This document shows positions 19,017 to 28,226 of a stretch of DNA of 33,306 nt, piece after piece. Location of the stretch: contig JAYENX010000039.1 in the NCBI GenBank assembly GCA_034722435.1, positions 1 to 33,306 on the forward strand. Reading direction: 5' to 3'. Origin of the DNA: Nanobdellota archaeon. GTDB lineage: Archaea > Nanobdellota > Nanobdellia > Woesearchaeales > JAHWHD01. The position numbers and the translations under genes were made by a program. The notes beneath the pieces are model-generated. The model searched no databases and had not been told where the DNA came from. It was given only the letters and a program-made list of their open reading frames with translations. Within the stretch, counting starts at the first letter, position 1; the number at the start of each line of letters is the position of its first letter.

Positions 19017-19643
19017 ATGAAAAAAAGAGTGTTGTTAGGTAGAGATGCCTATTCTTATATTAAGAAATATATTCCTGTAGCTGATTCTGTTTTGACTAAG
19101 AAATTGAATGAAGCTGAAGTTTTTGCAAAGAAACAAAAATATAATGTTGTTTTGAAGTTAATATCTAGACAAGCAATACATAAGACTGATGTTAAGGGTG
19201 TAAGGATTGTTAAGAACCATGTTGAGATGCAGAAAAACTTTAATGATTTACTTGCGACTGCTAAAAAGAAAAAAATGAAATTAGATGGTATTCTTGTTCA
19301 AGAGTATGTGGAAGGGAAAGAGGTTATAATTGGTTTGAAAAATGATGCAACTTTTGGTCAGGTTTTAATGTTTGGTCTGGGTGGTGTTTTTGTTGAAATT
19401 TTGAAAGATGTTGCGTTCAGGGTTTGTCCCATTACTGAAGAGGATGCTCAATCTATGATTGACGAACTTAAAGGGAAAAAGATTCTTGAGGGTGTGAGAG
19501 GAGAAAAAGCTGTGAATTTTAATATTCTTAAGAGAGCCCTTGTAGGGATTTCAAAACTTAAAGCTGTGGAAGAGTTGGATATAAATCCTTTTATGATTAA
19601 TTCTAAAGAGGGTAAGGCTGTTGATGTAAGGATAGTAAGATGA
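19017..19643 (+). CDS. acdB: ADP-forming acetate/acyl-CoA ligase beta subunit (ATP-grasp)
   Basis: VVLKL..HKTDVKGV, EVIIG..D.TFG.VLMFGLGGVFVE, ELDINP; ATG 19017 preferred over GTG 18996. Confidence 0.92.
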   Translation: MKKRVLLGRDAYSYIKKYIPVADSVLTKKLNEAEVFAKKQKYNVVLKLISRQAIHKTDVKGVRIVKNHVEMQKNFNDLLATAKKKKMKLDGILVQEYVEGKEVIIGLKNDATFGQVLMFGLGGVFVEILKDVAFRVCPITEEDAQSMIDELKGKKILEGVRGEKAVNFNILKRALVGISKLKAVEELDINPFMINSKEGKAVDVRIVR

Positions 19644-20746
19644 CTTTAGTAAAAAATATTGTTTGTTTTAAGTGTAAAAGGGAGTTTTCTCCAAAGACTA
19701 TTATTTTTGAGTGTGATAAATGTGGTGGACCTTTAGATATTCAATATGATTATAAGATAATTAAAAAACATATTATTCAAGAATCTTTTATTCGTGAAAC
19801 TGTAAATCATTGGAAATATTTTCCTTTTTATCCTATAAATGATTTTGATAAGATCGTTACATTTAATGAAGGAGGAACTCCTTTGATTGAAGCGGGAAAG
19901 TTTTTGTTCAAATATGAGGGTGTAAATCCTACTGGTTCTTTTAAAGATCGAGGAAGTACTGTTGAATTGACGAAAGCAGCGGAGTTAGGTGTTCAAGAGG
20001 TTGTGTGTGCTTCGACAGGGAATATGGGTGCTTCTGTTGCCGCTTATGCTGCAAGAGCTGGCATGAAATCTTCAATTTATGTTCCGACAATTGCAACTAA
20101 AGAAAAAATTTTGCAGATAAAAGCTTATGGTTCTAAAGTTGTTAATGTGAAGGGTGATTATGATGAAGCTCTTTGTAGGACTAAAGTTTTACGGAAAGAA
20201 CGTAATGTGTATCTTACAGGTGATTATCCTTATAGGGGTGAGGGTGAGAAGTCTGTTGGTTTTGAGATTATAGATCAATTGAACTGGCAAGTTCCTGATT
20301 ATATAGTATGTCCTATAGGGAATGCTACATTAATTTATTCAGTGTTTAAGGCTGTAAGTGAGTTAAAAGCTGTAGGTTTACTTAGGAAGATTCCTAAGAT
20401 TGTGGGTGTTCAGGCTAAAAAGTGTAATCCTTTAGTAAAAGCGTTCAATGATAAGAAAGAACTTAAGATTGTGAAGAATCCTGATACTGTAGCTTCTGCA
20501 ATTGCTTGTGGTAATCCTGTTGATGGTATAAAAGCTTTGTATGGTCTGAAAAAGTCCAGGGGTTTAGCAGTTGATGTTACTGAGCGCGAGATTTTAGATG
20601 CTAGAAAGAAGCTTGGCAAGATGGGTATTTTTGCTGAACCTTCTGGAGCTGTGAGTTATGCAGGTGCAATGAAATTGGGATTGACCGGGGAAGTTGTTTG
20701 TGTTGTTACCGGACATGGTTTGAAGGATAATAGAAAAAGTTTGTAA
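19640..20746 (+). CDS. thrC: Threonine synthase-like fold-type II PLP enzyme with N-terminal zinc ribbon
   Basis: CxxC..CxxCG, NPTGSFKDRG, ASTGNMGAS, AEPSGA, VTGHGLKD. Confidence 0.88.
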   Translation: MTLVKNIVCFKCKREFSPKTIIFECDKCGGPLDIQYDYKIIKKHIIQESFIRETVNHWKYFPFYPINDFDKIVTFNEGGTPLIEAGKFLFKYEGVNPTGSFKDRGSTVELTKAAELGVQEVVCASTGNMGASVAAYAARAGMKSSIYVPTIATKEKILQIKAYGSKVVNVKGDYDEALCRTKVLRKERNVYLTGDYPYRGEGEKSVGFEIIDQLNWQVPDYIVCPIGNATLIYSVFKAVSELKAVGLLRKIPKIVGVQAKKCNPLVKAFNDKKELKIVKNPDTVASAIACGNPVDGIKALYGLKKSRGLAVDVTEREILDARKKLGKMGIFAEPSGAVSYAGAMKLGLTGEVVCVVTGHGLKDNRKSL

Positions 20747-20838
20747 TAGTTTTAGATTGGTTTTTTTTAATATGTAATTGTCAGGTTGTTTACATAATAA
20801 AGAAAAGTATAATAAATAAATAGGATATTTCTATTTCT

Positions 20839-21921
20839 ATGATTAAATTAGATGGTAATTATGGAGAGGGTGGTGGACAGATTGCTCGGACTGCATTGGC
20901 TTTATCAACTTTATTTGGTGAACCTTTTGAGATTGTTAATATTCGTAAGGGTAGGAAAAGTCCTGGTTTAAAAGCTCAACATATGACTTGTATAAACGCT
21001 TTAAATAATATTTGCGGGGCTAAAGTTGAGGGTGTTGAACTAGGTTCAATGAGTTTAAAGTATGAGCCTGGAAAAATAAAACCAGGTACTTATACAATAG
21101 ATATTGGTACTGCTGGTAGTATTACTTTACTTCTTCAGTCATTGTTAATGCCTTGTTTTTTCGCAGGTAAGAAAGTGAGATTAAAAATAACTGGTGGAAC
21201 AGACGTTTCATGGAGTATGCCTTTTGATTATTTTGCGGAAATTCTTGTTCCGCATTTAAGGAAATTTTGTAAATCAATTGATGTGAAATTGTTGAAACGG
21301 GGCTATTATCCTAAAGGTAATGGTGTGGTCGATATTGATATTAGACCTAGGTATAATGTTTATAACTATAATAATCTTGTTGAGTTTATTGATAGTGTTT
21401 CAAATGATGTTCCTAATATTGATTTAATGGATCAAGGTAAATTAACTTTAGTTAAAGGAGTGGCTCATGCTTCAAGAGGTTTACAAAAGAATGATGTTGC
21501 CGAGAGAATGGCAAGAGCTGCAAAGCATAAACTTTTGAGTTTAGGGGTGCCTGTGAGAATACGGACTGAATATCAAGATACTTTTTCAGATGGTTGTGGT
21601 ATAACTTTGTGGGGTGTTTATTCAAAGAAAGGTGATGTTAGTTATACAAACCCAGTTAGAGTTGGTGCTGATTCTTTAGGTAGAATAGGTAAAAAGTCTG
21701 AACAAGTAGGAACTGAAGTTGCGGAGCGACTTCTGTATGAGATTAACCTTAAATCACCTGTTGATGAGTTTTTGGCAGATAATTTAATTCCTTGGCTTAT
21801 GTTTGGTGGCCGAATGAAGGTTTCGAAGTTATCGCAGCATACGCTTACAAATATTTATGCGGTAGAACAAGTTTTGGGTAAAATGTTTAAAGTAGAAAAA
21901 AATATTATCTCAAGGATTTAG
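20839..21921 (+). CDS. rtcA: RNA 3'-terminal phosphate cyclase
   Basis: GEGGGQIARTALALS, IRKGR..PGL..QH, GTAGSITL, RGYYPKG.G, catalytic His in QHTLTN. Confidence 0.93.
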   Translation: MIKLDGNYGEGGGQIARTALALSTLFGEPFEIVNIRKGRKSPGLKAQHMTCINALNNICGAKVEGVELGSMSLKYEPGKIKPGTYTIDIGTAGSITLLLQSLLMPCFFAGKKVRLKITGGTDVSWSMPFDYFAEILVPHLRKFCKSIDVKLLKRGYYPKGNGVVDIDIRPRYNVYNYNNLVEFIDSVSNDVPNIDLMDQGKLTLVKGVAHASRGLQKNDVAERMARAAKHKLLSLGVPVRIRTEYQDTFSDGCGITLWGVYSKKGDVSYTNPVRVGADSLGRIGKKSEQVGTEVAERLLYEINLKSPVDEFLADNLIPWLMFGGRMKVSKLSQHTLTNIYAVEQVLGKMFKVEKNIISRI

Positions 21922-22573
21922 CTCGAATTTCTTCATATAGAAGTCGAATTTTGTTAAAATATTTTTTTTTTATTCTTGTATCAAAATCTGATTTGTAAAA
22001 TGTTTTTACAAGTTCGTTATATCTCTTTTTAGCAGATATGAACTCTTGTCGATCTGTAAGAGTTCTGGTTTCGAGCATCATTAAGTCGAGTACAGCTTGT
22101 GGACCTGCTTTTTTAGGAATCTTAATTTTTTTAGGGGGTTTTGGTGCTTTTTTTATTTTTTTAGGTTTTGTAATTTTTTTAATAGGTTTAATTACTTTTT
22201 TCTTTATTTTTAGTTTTATCTTTTTTATTTTTTTAGGTTCAGTTGCCTTCTTAATAGGTTTGATAAATATTTTTTTGAATTTTCTTTTAATTTTTTTTGG
22301 TTCTGTAGATTCTTTAATTGGTTTAATTATTTCTTTCTTTATTTTTAGTTTTATCTTTTTTATTTTTTTAGGTTCAGTTGCTTTTTTAATAGGTTTGATT
22401 ATTTTTTTCTTAACCTGTTTTTTTACTGATTCAATTTTTGGTTCTACTTTTTTAGAAATAGATTTTTTTTTACGTTTTAGTAATGTGAAGATTGAAGGTT
22501 TCTTTTTTGGAGGTTTTTCAAGCTCAGCAAATAACTTTTCTAGATCTTTTGGTGGTTCAGGTATTTTCCCCAT
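21905..22573 (-). CDS. Very basic Lys/Ile/Pro repeat protein with short C-terminal helical domain
   Basis: Four IKPIK(K/E).T.PKKIK repeats; ATG with TATA-like TATTTAAATA upstream. Confidence 0.75.
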   Translation of the reverse strand: MGKIPEPPKDLEKLFAELEKPPKKKPSIFTLLKRKKKSISKKVEPKIESVKKQVKKKIIKPIKKATEPKKIKKIKLKIKKEIIKPIKESTEPKKIKRKFKKIFIKPIKKATEPKKIKKIKLKIKKKVIKPIKKITKPKKIKKAPKPPKKIKIPKKAGPQAVLDLMMLETRTLTDRQEFISAKKRYNELVKTFYKSDFDTRIKKKYFNKIRLLYEEIRAKSLR

Positions 22574-22680
22574 ATAGTAAGTTTTATAAATCCGTATTTA
22601 AATAATTTTGTATTAACTACATAATAATAAACTAAACCTTTATATATGAAATGTCGAAACAACAAAGTTAGGTGATTATC

Positions 22681-22851
22681 ATGGAAGAATTACATTGTTC
22701 ATCATGCAAAAAGAAAATTGCAAATTTAACAGGATCTGTTAATTTTAAATGTCCTAAGTGTGGTAAAACAACCATAATTAGATGTAAACATTGCCGACAG
22801 ATTGTTGCAAAGTATAGATGTCCTGAGTGTGGATTTGAAGGACCTAATTAA
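22681..22851 (+). CDS. DUF1610 / HVO_2753-like double zinc-ribbon protein (56 aa; not in ORF track)
   Basis: Translates MEELHCSSCKKKIANLTGSVNFKCPKCGKTTIIRCKHCRQIVAKYRCPECGFEGPN; four CxxC; GGTGA RBS at 22671. Confidence 0.9.
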   Translation: MEELHCSSCKKKIANLTGSVNFKCPKCGKTTIIRCKHCRQIVAKYRCPECGFEGPN

Positions 22852-22958
22852 TTTTAATTTTTTTGTATAATATATAATATTTAAAGTTCTTTAAGGAAAA
22901 CGTTTATATATTGTTATTTCTTTATCTATATATTATTTTTAAAAAGAGGTATAAATTA

Positions 22959-23606
22959 ATGAAGAAATTTAGTTTAATAATTGTAATTCTTATTATTTTA
23001 AGTATTAGTTTAGTGGTTGCCTTACCTCCGCCAGGTCCTGGTGATAGTGATCTGACTATAGTAGATGTAGGGGTTGATGATAGTTTATTACTTTCTTCTG
23101 ATTTAAAACCCATATTAGAAGCTGAAGATGTTGTTGAACCTTCTGTTGAACCCTCTGTTTCAGATGCGAATATATTTGTTAATCAAGATGCAATATCTTT
23201 GCAAAATACTGTTAATGATCTTAATACTGAAGTTCAGTCATTACAATCTAGAATTTCTGATTTAGAATCTGAGCTTTCTGTTTTGATTTCAGAATCTTAT
23301 AAAGAATCGTTTGTAAATTCAGTTCTTTTCTTGTTTATTTTAATTGTTCTTGTTTTAGTAATTTTTATGTTTTTTTATTTTAAAGTACAGATTCGTTCTA
23401 AATTTAATTCTAAATTACAGTTTTCTGGACTTAAACACCGTGAAAATGTGGTGACGTCAAAAGGAGTTAAGCAGGATGCTGTTTTGAAAGATATTGTTTT
23501 AAAATATCTTAATTCAGGGATGTCAGAATCGAGTATAAGAAAAGTTTTGAAAAAAACTGGTATAAATAAAGAAGAGATGGAATCTGTTTTTCTAAATATT
23601 AAATGA
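22959..23606 (+). CDS. Hypothetical membrane protein (signal peptide, coiled coil, TM, small cytoplasmic helical domain)
   Basis: GAGGT RBS before ATG 22959; hydrophobic N-terminus; TM VLFLFILIVLVLVIFMFFYF. Confidence 0.75.
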   Translation: MKKFSLIIVILIILSISLVVALPPPGPGDSDLTIVDVGVDDSLLLSSDLKPILEAEDVVEPSVEPSVSDANIFVNQDAISLQNTVNDLNTEVQSLQSRISDLESELSVLISESYKESFVNSVLFLFILIVLVLVIFMFFYFKVQIRSKFNSKLQFSGLKHRENVVTSKGVKQDAVLKDIVLKYLNSGMSESSIRKVLKKTGINKEEMESVFLNIK

Positions 23607-23684
23607 ATTTCTGAATTTGATTTTTGAGGTTGATTTTTAAAGCAATTCGAAATATTTATAAACAGCTTCTTTTTTTGTGATATC

Positions 23685-23963
23685 ATGGGAACCGCAATTG
23701 CAACAATAACGATAATGCCTGTAACTCCTGATGTTAATTTAGATGATGTTCAGGTAAAAGCTTTAGAAATGATTAAAGCTTTTGCAGGGGATAGAGAAAC
23801 TAAAATAGAGATTGAACCTATTGCTTTTGGGTTGAAAGCTCTAAAGATACTTTTTGTAATGGATGAAGATAAAGGTTCGCCTGATATAGTGGCAGAAAAA
23901 ATAATTGCTATTGAAGGTGTTCAGTCTGCTGAAGTTACTGATGTAAGAAGAGCTATTGGTTAG
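23685..23963 (+). CDS. ef1b: Translation elongation factor aEF-1beta
   Basis: IMPVTPDVNLD, EPIAFGLKAL, C-terminal V..VRR. Confidence 0.95.
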   Translation: MGTAIATITIMPVTPDVNLDDVQVKALEMIKAFAGDRETKIEIEPIAFGLKALKILFVMDEDKGSPDIVAEKIIAIEGVQSAEVTDVRRAIG

Positions 23964-24019
23964 AAACCTTTATAAATACTCTATCTTTTCATAAATTGGT
24001 TTTTAAAGGTGATATTTAG

Positions 24020-24421
24020 ATGATGGGAGAGAAGAAATCTGTTAGTATAGGCGGATTACAAAAGGGGAATTATGTTATAATTGATGATGTAGCTTGTAAA
24101 GTTACAAGTACACAAGTTTCAAGACCGGGAAAACATGGTCATGCTAAAGTACGTCTTGAAGGTGTAGGTATTTTAGATGGTAAAAAAAGGGCGATTGTTA
24201 TGCCTGGACACGATCATATTGATACTCCAATTATTGATAAAAGAACAGCTCAGGTCCTTAGCATTTCAGGTAAGGTTGCTAATGTGATGGATTCTGAAAC
24301 TTTTGAAACATTTGATTTAGAAATTCCTGATGATTTGAAAGGGGAAGTTATTGAAGGTGCAAATATCCTTTATTGGGTTATACTTGATCAAATGGCAATG
24401 AAACAAGTTAAGAGTGAATAA
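24020..24421 (+). CDS. eif5a: Translation factor aIF-5A
   Basis: SRPGKHGHAK hypusination motif, PIIDKRTAQV. Confidence 0.96.
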   Translation: MMGEKKSVSIGGLQKGNYVIIDDVACKVTSTQVSRPGKHGHAKVRLEGVGILDGKKRAIVMPGHDHIDTPIIDKRTAQVLSISGKVANVMDSETFETFDLEIPDDLKGEVIEGANILYWVILDQMAMKQVKSE

Positions 24422-24423
24422 AT

Positions 24424-24585
24424 ATGGCTAAATTTGAAGAAGCAAATAAAAGATTGTTCCAGAATATCTTTGTATGTAGAAAGTGTAAGAGTAAGATTAG
24501 GGCTAATAACATGAGTGTTATACAAGGAAAGATTAGTTGTAGAAAGTGTGGTTCAAAAGCTTTGAGACCTAAGCGTAAGAAATAA
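24424..24585 (+). CDS. rpl40e: 50S ribosomal protein L40e (53 aa; not in ORF track)
   Basis: Translates MAKFEEANKRLFQNIFVCRKCKSKIRANNMSVIQGKISCRKCGSKALRPKRKK; CRKC...CRKCG..LRPK pattern. Confidence 0.93.
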   Translation: MAKFEEANKRLFQNIFVCRKCKSKIRANNMSVIQGKISCRKCGSKALRPKRKK

Positions 24586-24629
24586 ACTTTTCATTTTTTT
24601 CAAATATTTTTTAAAAAAAGAGGTAAACA

Positions 24630-25805
24630 ATGACATTATTACAGGGTATACTGACCTATAAATGGATAATTTTATTTTATTCTATTGTTCTTTTCATAAT
24701 AATTAAATATAAACATAAATTTGAAATTGAAGCTAAAATTATTGCTCTTTATAAAACTAAGATTGGTATAAAATTAATGGATAAAATTTCTGGTAAATTT
24801 CCAAGAAGTGTTAAGGTTTTAGGTTATATAGGGATTGTGATTGGTTTTGCCGGTATGGCCTATATTTCTTGGTTTTTAATTGATAATATGTATAAATTAA
24901 TAATGGTGCCGGGGGCAGCTGCTGGTGTTTCTATTGTTATTCCTGGTGTGCCTATTCCTGGAAGTCCTATTTTTGTTCCATTTTGGTCAGGGATTATATC
25001 TATATTTATAATTGCGTCTGTGCATGAATTTTCGCATGGTGTTGTTGCAAGAAGGTTTAAAGTTGCAATTAAGAATACAGGTGTTGTTTTTTTTGGTCCT
25101 TTAATTGGAGCTTTTGTTGAGCCTGATGAGAAAAAGCTTGCAAAGATTTCTAAAAGAAAACAGTTAGCTATGTTTGCAGCTGGTTCATGGTCGAATATTA
25201 TTTTGGCTGCATTGGCTTTATTAGTGCTTTCATTCCTTATACAGCCTGCTTGGGCAAGTGCTGTTGATGTAAATAGACTTAGAGTTATTGATGTTACAAA
25301 GAATTTACCTGCTTATCAATCAGGTCTTGAAAAAGGGGATATTATTCAGTATATCAACGGAGTACCTATTGCTAATGTATTAAATTTTACGCAAGAGATT
25401 GATAAATATTTGGCAGGGGAAACTTTGATTATTAAAACAGAAGATGGGTCTGAACATACAGTTATAACTATAGCGCATCCTAAGAACGCTTCAAAAAGTT
25501 ATTTAGGAATTAAGGTTTATCAAGATTTTAAGCAAGAAGTAATTGAAAAATATGGCCCTACATTGCCTTGGATATGGTTTTATCTTTCAAATTTCTTTTT
25601 CATATTAGGATTATTAAGTGCCGGTATAGGTTTTGCTAATCTTTTGCCTATAAGTATATTTGATGGCGGTAGAATGTTTAGGATCTTTTCAGAATGGTCT
25701 TTTAAAAAGAAAAGAGGGTTTTTGGTTGCAGCAGGGGTAAGTTCGGTATTTGTGCTTTTGCTTTTGTTTAGTATAGTGATTTCTTTACTTAAAGCTATTT
25801 TTTAA
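24630..25805 (+). CDS. Site-2 protease (M50) with PDZ domain
   Basis: HEFSH, GAFVEPDE, AG...N, PDZ-like GLEKGDII, NLLPI..FDGG. Confidence 0.93.
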   Translation: MTLLQGILTYKWIILFYSIVLFIIIKYKHKFEIEAKIIALYKTKIGIKLMDKISGKFPRSVKVLGYIGIVIGFAGMAYISWFLIDNMYKLIMVPGAAAGVSIVIPGVPIPGSPIFVPFWSGIISIFIIASVHEFSHGVVARRFKVAIKNTGVVFFGPLIGAFVEPDEKKLAKISKRKQLAMFAAGSWSNIILAALALLVLSFLIQPAWASAVDVNRLRVIDVTKNLPAYQSGLEKGDIIQYINGVPIANVLNFTQEIDKYLAGETLIIKTEDGSEHTVITIAHPKNASKSYLGIKVYQDFKQEVIEKYGPTLPWIWFYLSNFFFILGLLSAGIGFANLLPISIFDGGRMFRIFSEWSFKKKRGFLVAAGVSSVFVLLLLFSIVISLLKAIF

Positions 25806-25841
25806 GTTAATTTTTTAAATGATCTTTAGTTTTAGAGAAGT

Positions 25842-26528
25842 ATGATATCTATAGTACTTTTAGAGCCTGAAACTGCAGGGAATGTTGGGGCTGTTGCAAG
25901 GGTTATGAAGAATTTTGATTTTGTAGATTTAGTTTTGATTGATCCAAAATGTGATCATCTTGAACTTGAAGCAGAGAAACGGGCAAAACATGCTGAAGAT
26001 GTTATTAGATCTGCGAAAGTTGAAAATTTAGAATATCTTGATACTTTTGATTATCTTATAGGAACTACGTCTAAAGTAGGGTCAGATTATAATATTCCTA
26101 GAAGTCCGCTTACTCCTTCTGAAATGGTATCTTTAGTGAAGGATAAAGATGTTAAAATTGGAATTTTATTTGGAAGAGAGAGTATTGGTTTAACTAATGA
26201 AGAAGTGCTTAAATGTGATTATACTGTGTCAATTCCTTCTTCTAAGAATTATTCGGCTCTTAATCTTAGTCATAGTGTTGCAATTATTTTGTATGAATTA
26301 TATAAGGTATTAGGCGAGTCAAGAATTACTGATGATTTTATTGTTGTTTCTAAAGAAGAGAAAATGCAAATGCTTAAACTTCTTAATCAAGTTCTTGAAG
26401 GGTTAGATTTTGCAACTGAAGAAAAAAAACAGACTCAAGTTTTGGTCTGGAAAAGAATATTTGGGAAAGCTATGTTAACAAAAAGAGAGGCATTTGCTGT
26501 AATGGGTTTTTTTAAGAAATTGTTGTAA
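25842..26528 (+). CDS. trmJ: SPOUT tRNA 2'-O-methyltransferase, TrmJ/LasT family
   Basis: VLLEPETAGNVGAVARVMKNF, LFGRESIGLTNEE, LNLSHSV. Confidence 0.92.
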   Translation: MISIVLLEPETAGNVGAVARVMKNFDFVDLVLIDPKCDHLELEAEKRAKHAEDVIRSAKVENLEYLDTFDYLIGTTSKVGSDYNIPRSPLTPSEMVSLVKDKDVKIGILFGRESIGLTNEEVLKCDYTVSIPSSKNYSALNLSHSVAIILYELYKVLGESRITDDFIVVSKEEKMQMLKLLNQVLEGLDFATEEKKQTQVLVWKRIFGKAMLTKREAFAVMGFFKKLL

Positions 26529-26864
26529 TTATTCTTTAGTAAGATTTTCGTTTTTTAAATCAAGAAATTCTTTAACTCTGTTATCCATTTTTGGAATGGC
26601 TTTTTCTCCAAGAGCGTAATATGTTTTTTCAGCTTCACCGCCCCAACTGTATTCTCCTTTTTCTGATTTGACTGTTTTTATTTTAACTTCTCCAGTTTCA
26701 ATACCTTTTTTAAGGTGGTAATAAATAGAACGCATGGTTACTTTTGGAAAAATATCTCTATATATTTTATATATATCGTAACCATATCCGTTTCCTAAGA
26801 AATATAAAATCTCGACAATGTTTTGTCTTATTTGTGATTTTACTGGTCTCCCCCTTCGTGCCAT
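26529..26864 (-). CDS. Small winged-helix (PadR-like) protein
   Basis: GYGYDIYK...MRSIYYHLKK..GEV...KTYYALG pattern. Confidence 0.7.
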   Translation of the reverse strand: MARRGRPVKSQIRQNIVEILYFLGNGYGYDIYKIYRDIFPKVTMRSIYYHLKKGIETGEVKIKTVKSEKGEYSWGGEAEKTYYALGEKAIPKMDNRVKEFLDLKNENLTKE

Positions 26865-26920
26865 AGTGGATAAATTAAAATAGTTATGATTTAAATACTT
26901 TTTGCTTATTATGTATATTC

Positions 26921-27877
26921 ATGACAAAATACATTTTTCATCTATCTGGAGAGAATATAGAACTTGCAACATATGAATTGCTTACGCTGATAGATAAGAA
27001 AGAAGGTGTTCTTGTTGATGATTTATTTTTATTGAATTTGAAAAATATTAATGGTTTAGATAAGAGATTGGCGTTTACTCATTCAATTTATAAGTTATTA
27101 TTTGTTTGTGATAAGAAGGCGTTTAGCAAAAAAATAACTGTTTTTGATTGGAACCAGATAATTAAGAAAGATTATAAGGTTGTTGTTAAAGGGGATTTGC
27201 AATTTTCTGAAAAAGAATTGGGAAGTTTGATATGGCATAAACTTAGAAGGCCAAAAGTAAATATTAAAACTCCTGAGACTTTGATTGTTTTTTTTGTAAG
27301 AAAAAATATGATTTATGCTTCTATTTTTATTTCTGATATAGATAAAAGTTATCTTAATAGGAAGCCCCATTTACTCCCTGGATTGCATCCTAGTGGGATG
27401 AGTCCGAAGTTAGCTAAAGCTGTAGTTAATATTTTAAACCCTAAGAAAGGTTCTGTTGTTTTAGATCCTTTTTGTGGGAGTTGTGGTCTTTTGATTGAGG
27501 TTAGTTTAATGGGATTCTCAGTGAGGGGTTACGATCTTGATCAAAGGATGTTAGATAAAGCAATGAGTAACTTTAGTTTTCTTAATATTACAGATTATAA
27601 ACTTGAATTACGAGATGCTCTTTCAGTTAGGCGCAGTTTTAGCTTTATAATTACTGATCTTCCTTATGGGAGAGGTACGAGAAGTCAAGATATTTTAGCT
27701 TTGTATAAAAGTTTTTTAAAGATTCTTGAGATTGTTTTGAAGAAACGGGCAGTTGTTATTTTTCCCTCATTTGTTAATTATAAAAATTTAATTCGTAAAA
27801 CTCGTTTTAAGATAGTAAAACATTTTTCATTTTATCTTCATAAATCTTTGGGAAAAAATATTATAGTTTTAGAATGA
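26921..27877 (+). CDS. trm11: THUMP-domain tRNA (guanine-10-N2) methyltransferase, Trm11/TrmG10 family
   Basis: SPKLAKAVVN, DPFCG.CGLLIE, ITDLPYG; degenerate THUMP N-terminus. Confidence 0.85.
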   Translation: MTKYIFHLSGENIELATYELLTLIDKKEGVLVDDLFLLNLKNINGLDKRLAFTHSIYKLLFVCDKKAFSKKITVFDWNQIIKKDYKVVVKGDLQFSEKELGSLIWHKLRRPKVNIKTPETLIVFFVRKNMIYASIFISDIDKSYLNRKPHLLPGLHPSGMSPKLAKAVVNILNPKKGSVVLDPFCGSCGLLIEVSLMGFSVRGYDLDQRMLDKAMSNFSFLNITDYKLELRDALSVRRSFSFIITDLPYGRGTRSQDILALYKSFLKILEIVLKKRAVVIFPSFVNYKNLIRKTRFKIVKHFSFYLHKSLGKNIIVLE

Positions 27878-28195
27878 GATTTTGTCTCCTAATTTATACT
27901 TTTTTCCAATTGGGAGTTCTATAACATATTTGGCGTTTTTTTTAGGATTATAGATTGAAAATGGTTTAAAGTTACGTTTTATTTCTATTATTTCTTTCTT
28001 TTTATTGGCGAATATGACGTCAATAGGATAAAAAACAAACATCATGTGAAGAGGAATTTTTTGTTCTTTATCGAAAATAAATATCCAACTTATATCATGA
28101 ATCTTTTTTGAGAACATAAGACCTAAACCTTTAGATATTGCACTCTGGCATATTTTGATTTTTGAGGTAATCTTTTTGTTATTTATTTTTAACAT
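27869..28195 (-). CDS. DUF192 family protein
   Basis: GLMF, LHMMFVFYPIDVIF, YVIELP. Confidence 0.88.
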   Translation of the reverse strand: MLKINNKKITSKIKICQSAISKGLGLMFSKKIHDISWIFIFDKEQKIPLHMMFVFYPIDVIFANKKKEIIEIKRNFKPFSIYNPKKNAKYVIELPIGKKYKLGDKISF

Positions 28196-28226
28196 TTAAG
28201 AAATAAATATTTATGAATATTTAAGC

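Noticed and set aside
21761-21800. Apparent loss of the RtcA catalytic His in VDEFLAD
   Set aside because: The adenylated His is in the downstream HTLTN motif, which is intact
22038-22577. 179-aa Phe/Ile-rich ORF that looks like a membrane protein
   Set aside because: Antisense of the lysine-repeat gene (AAA becomes TTT)
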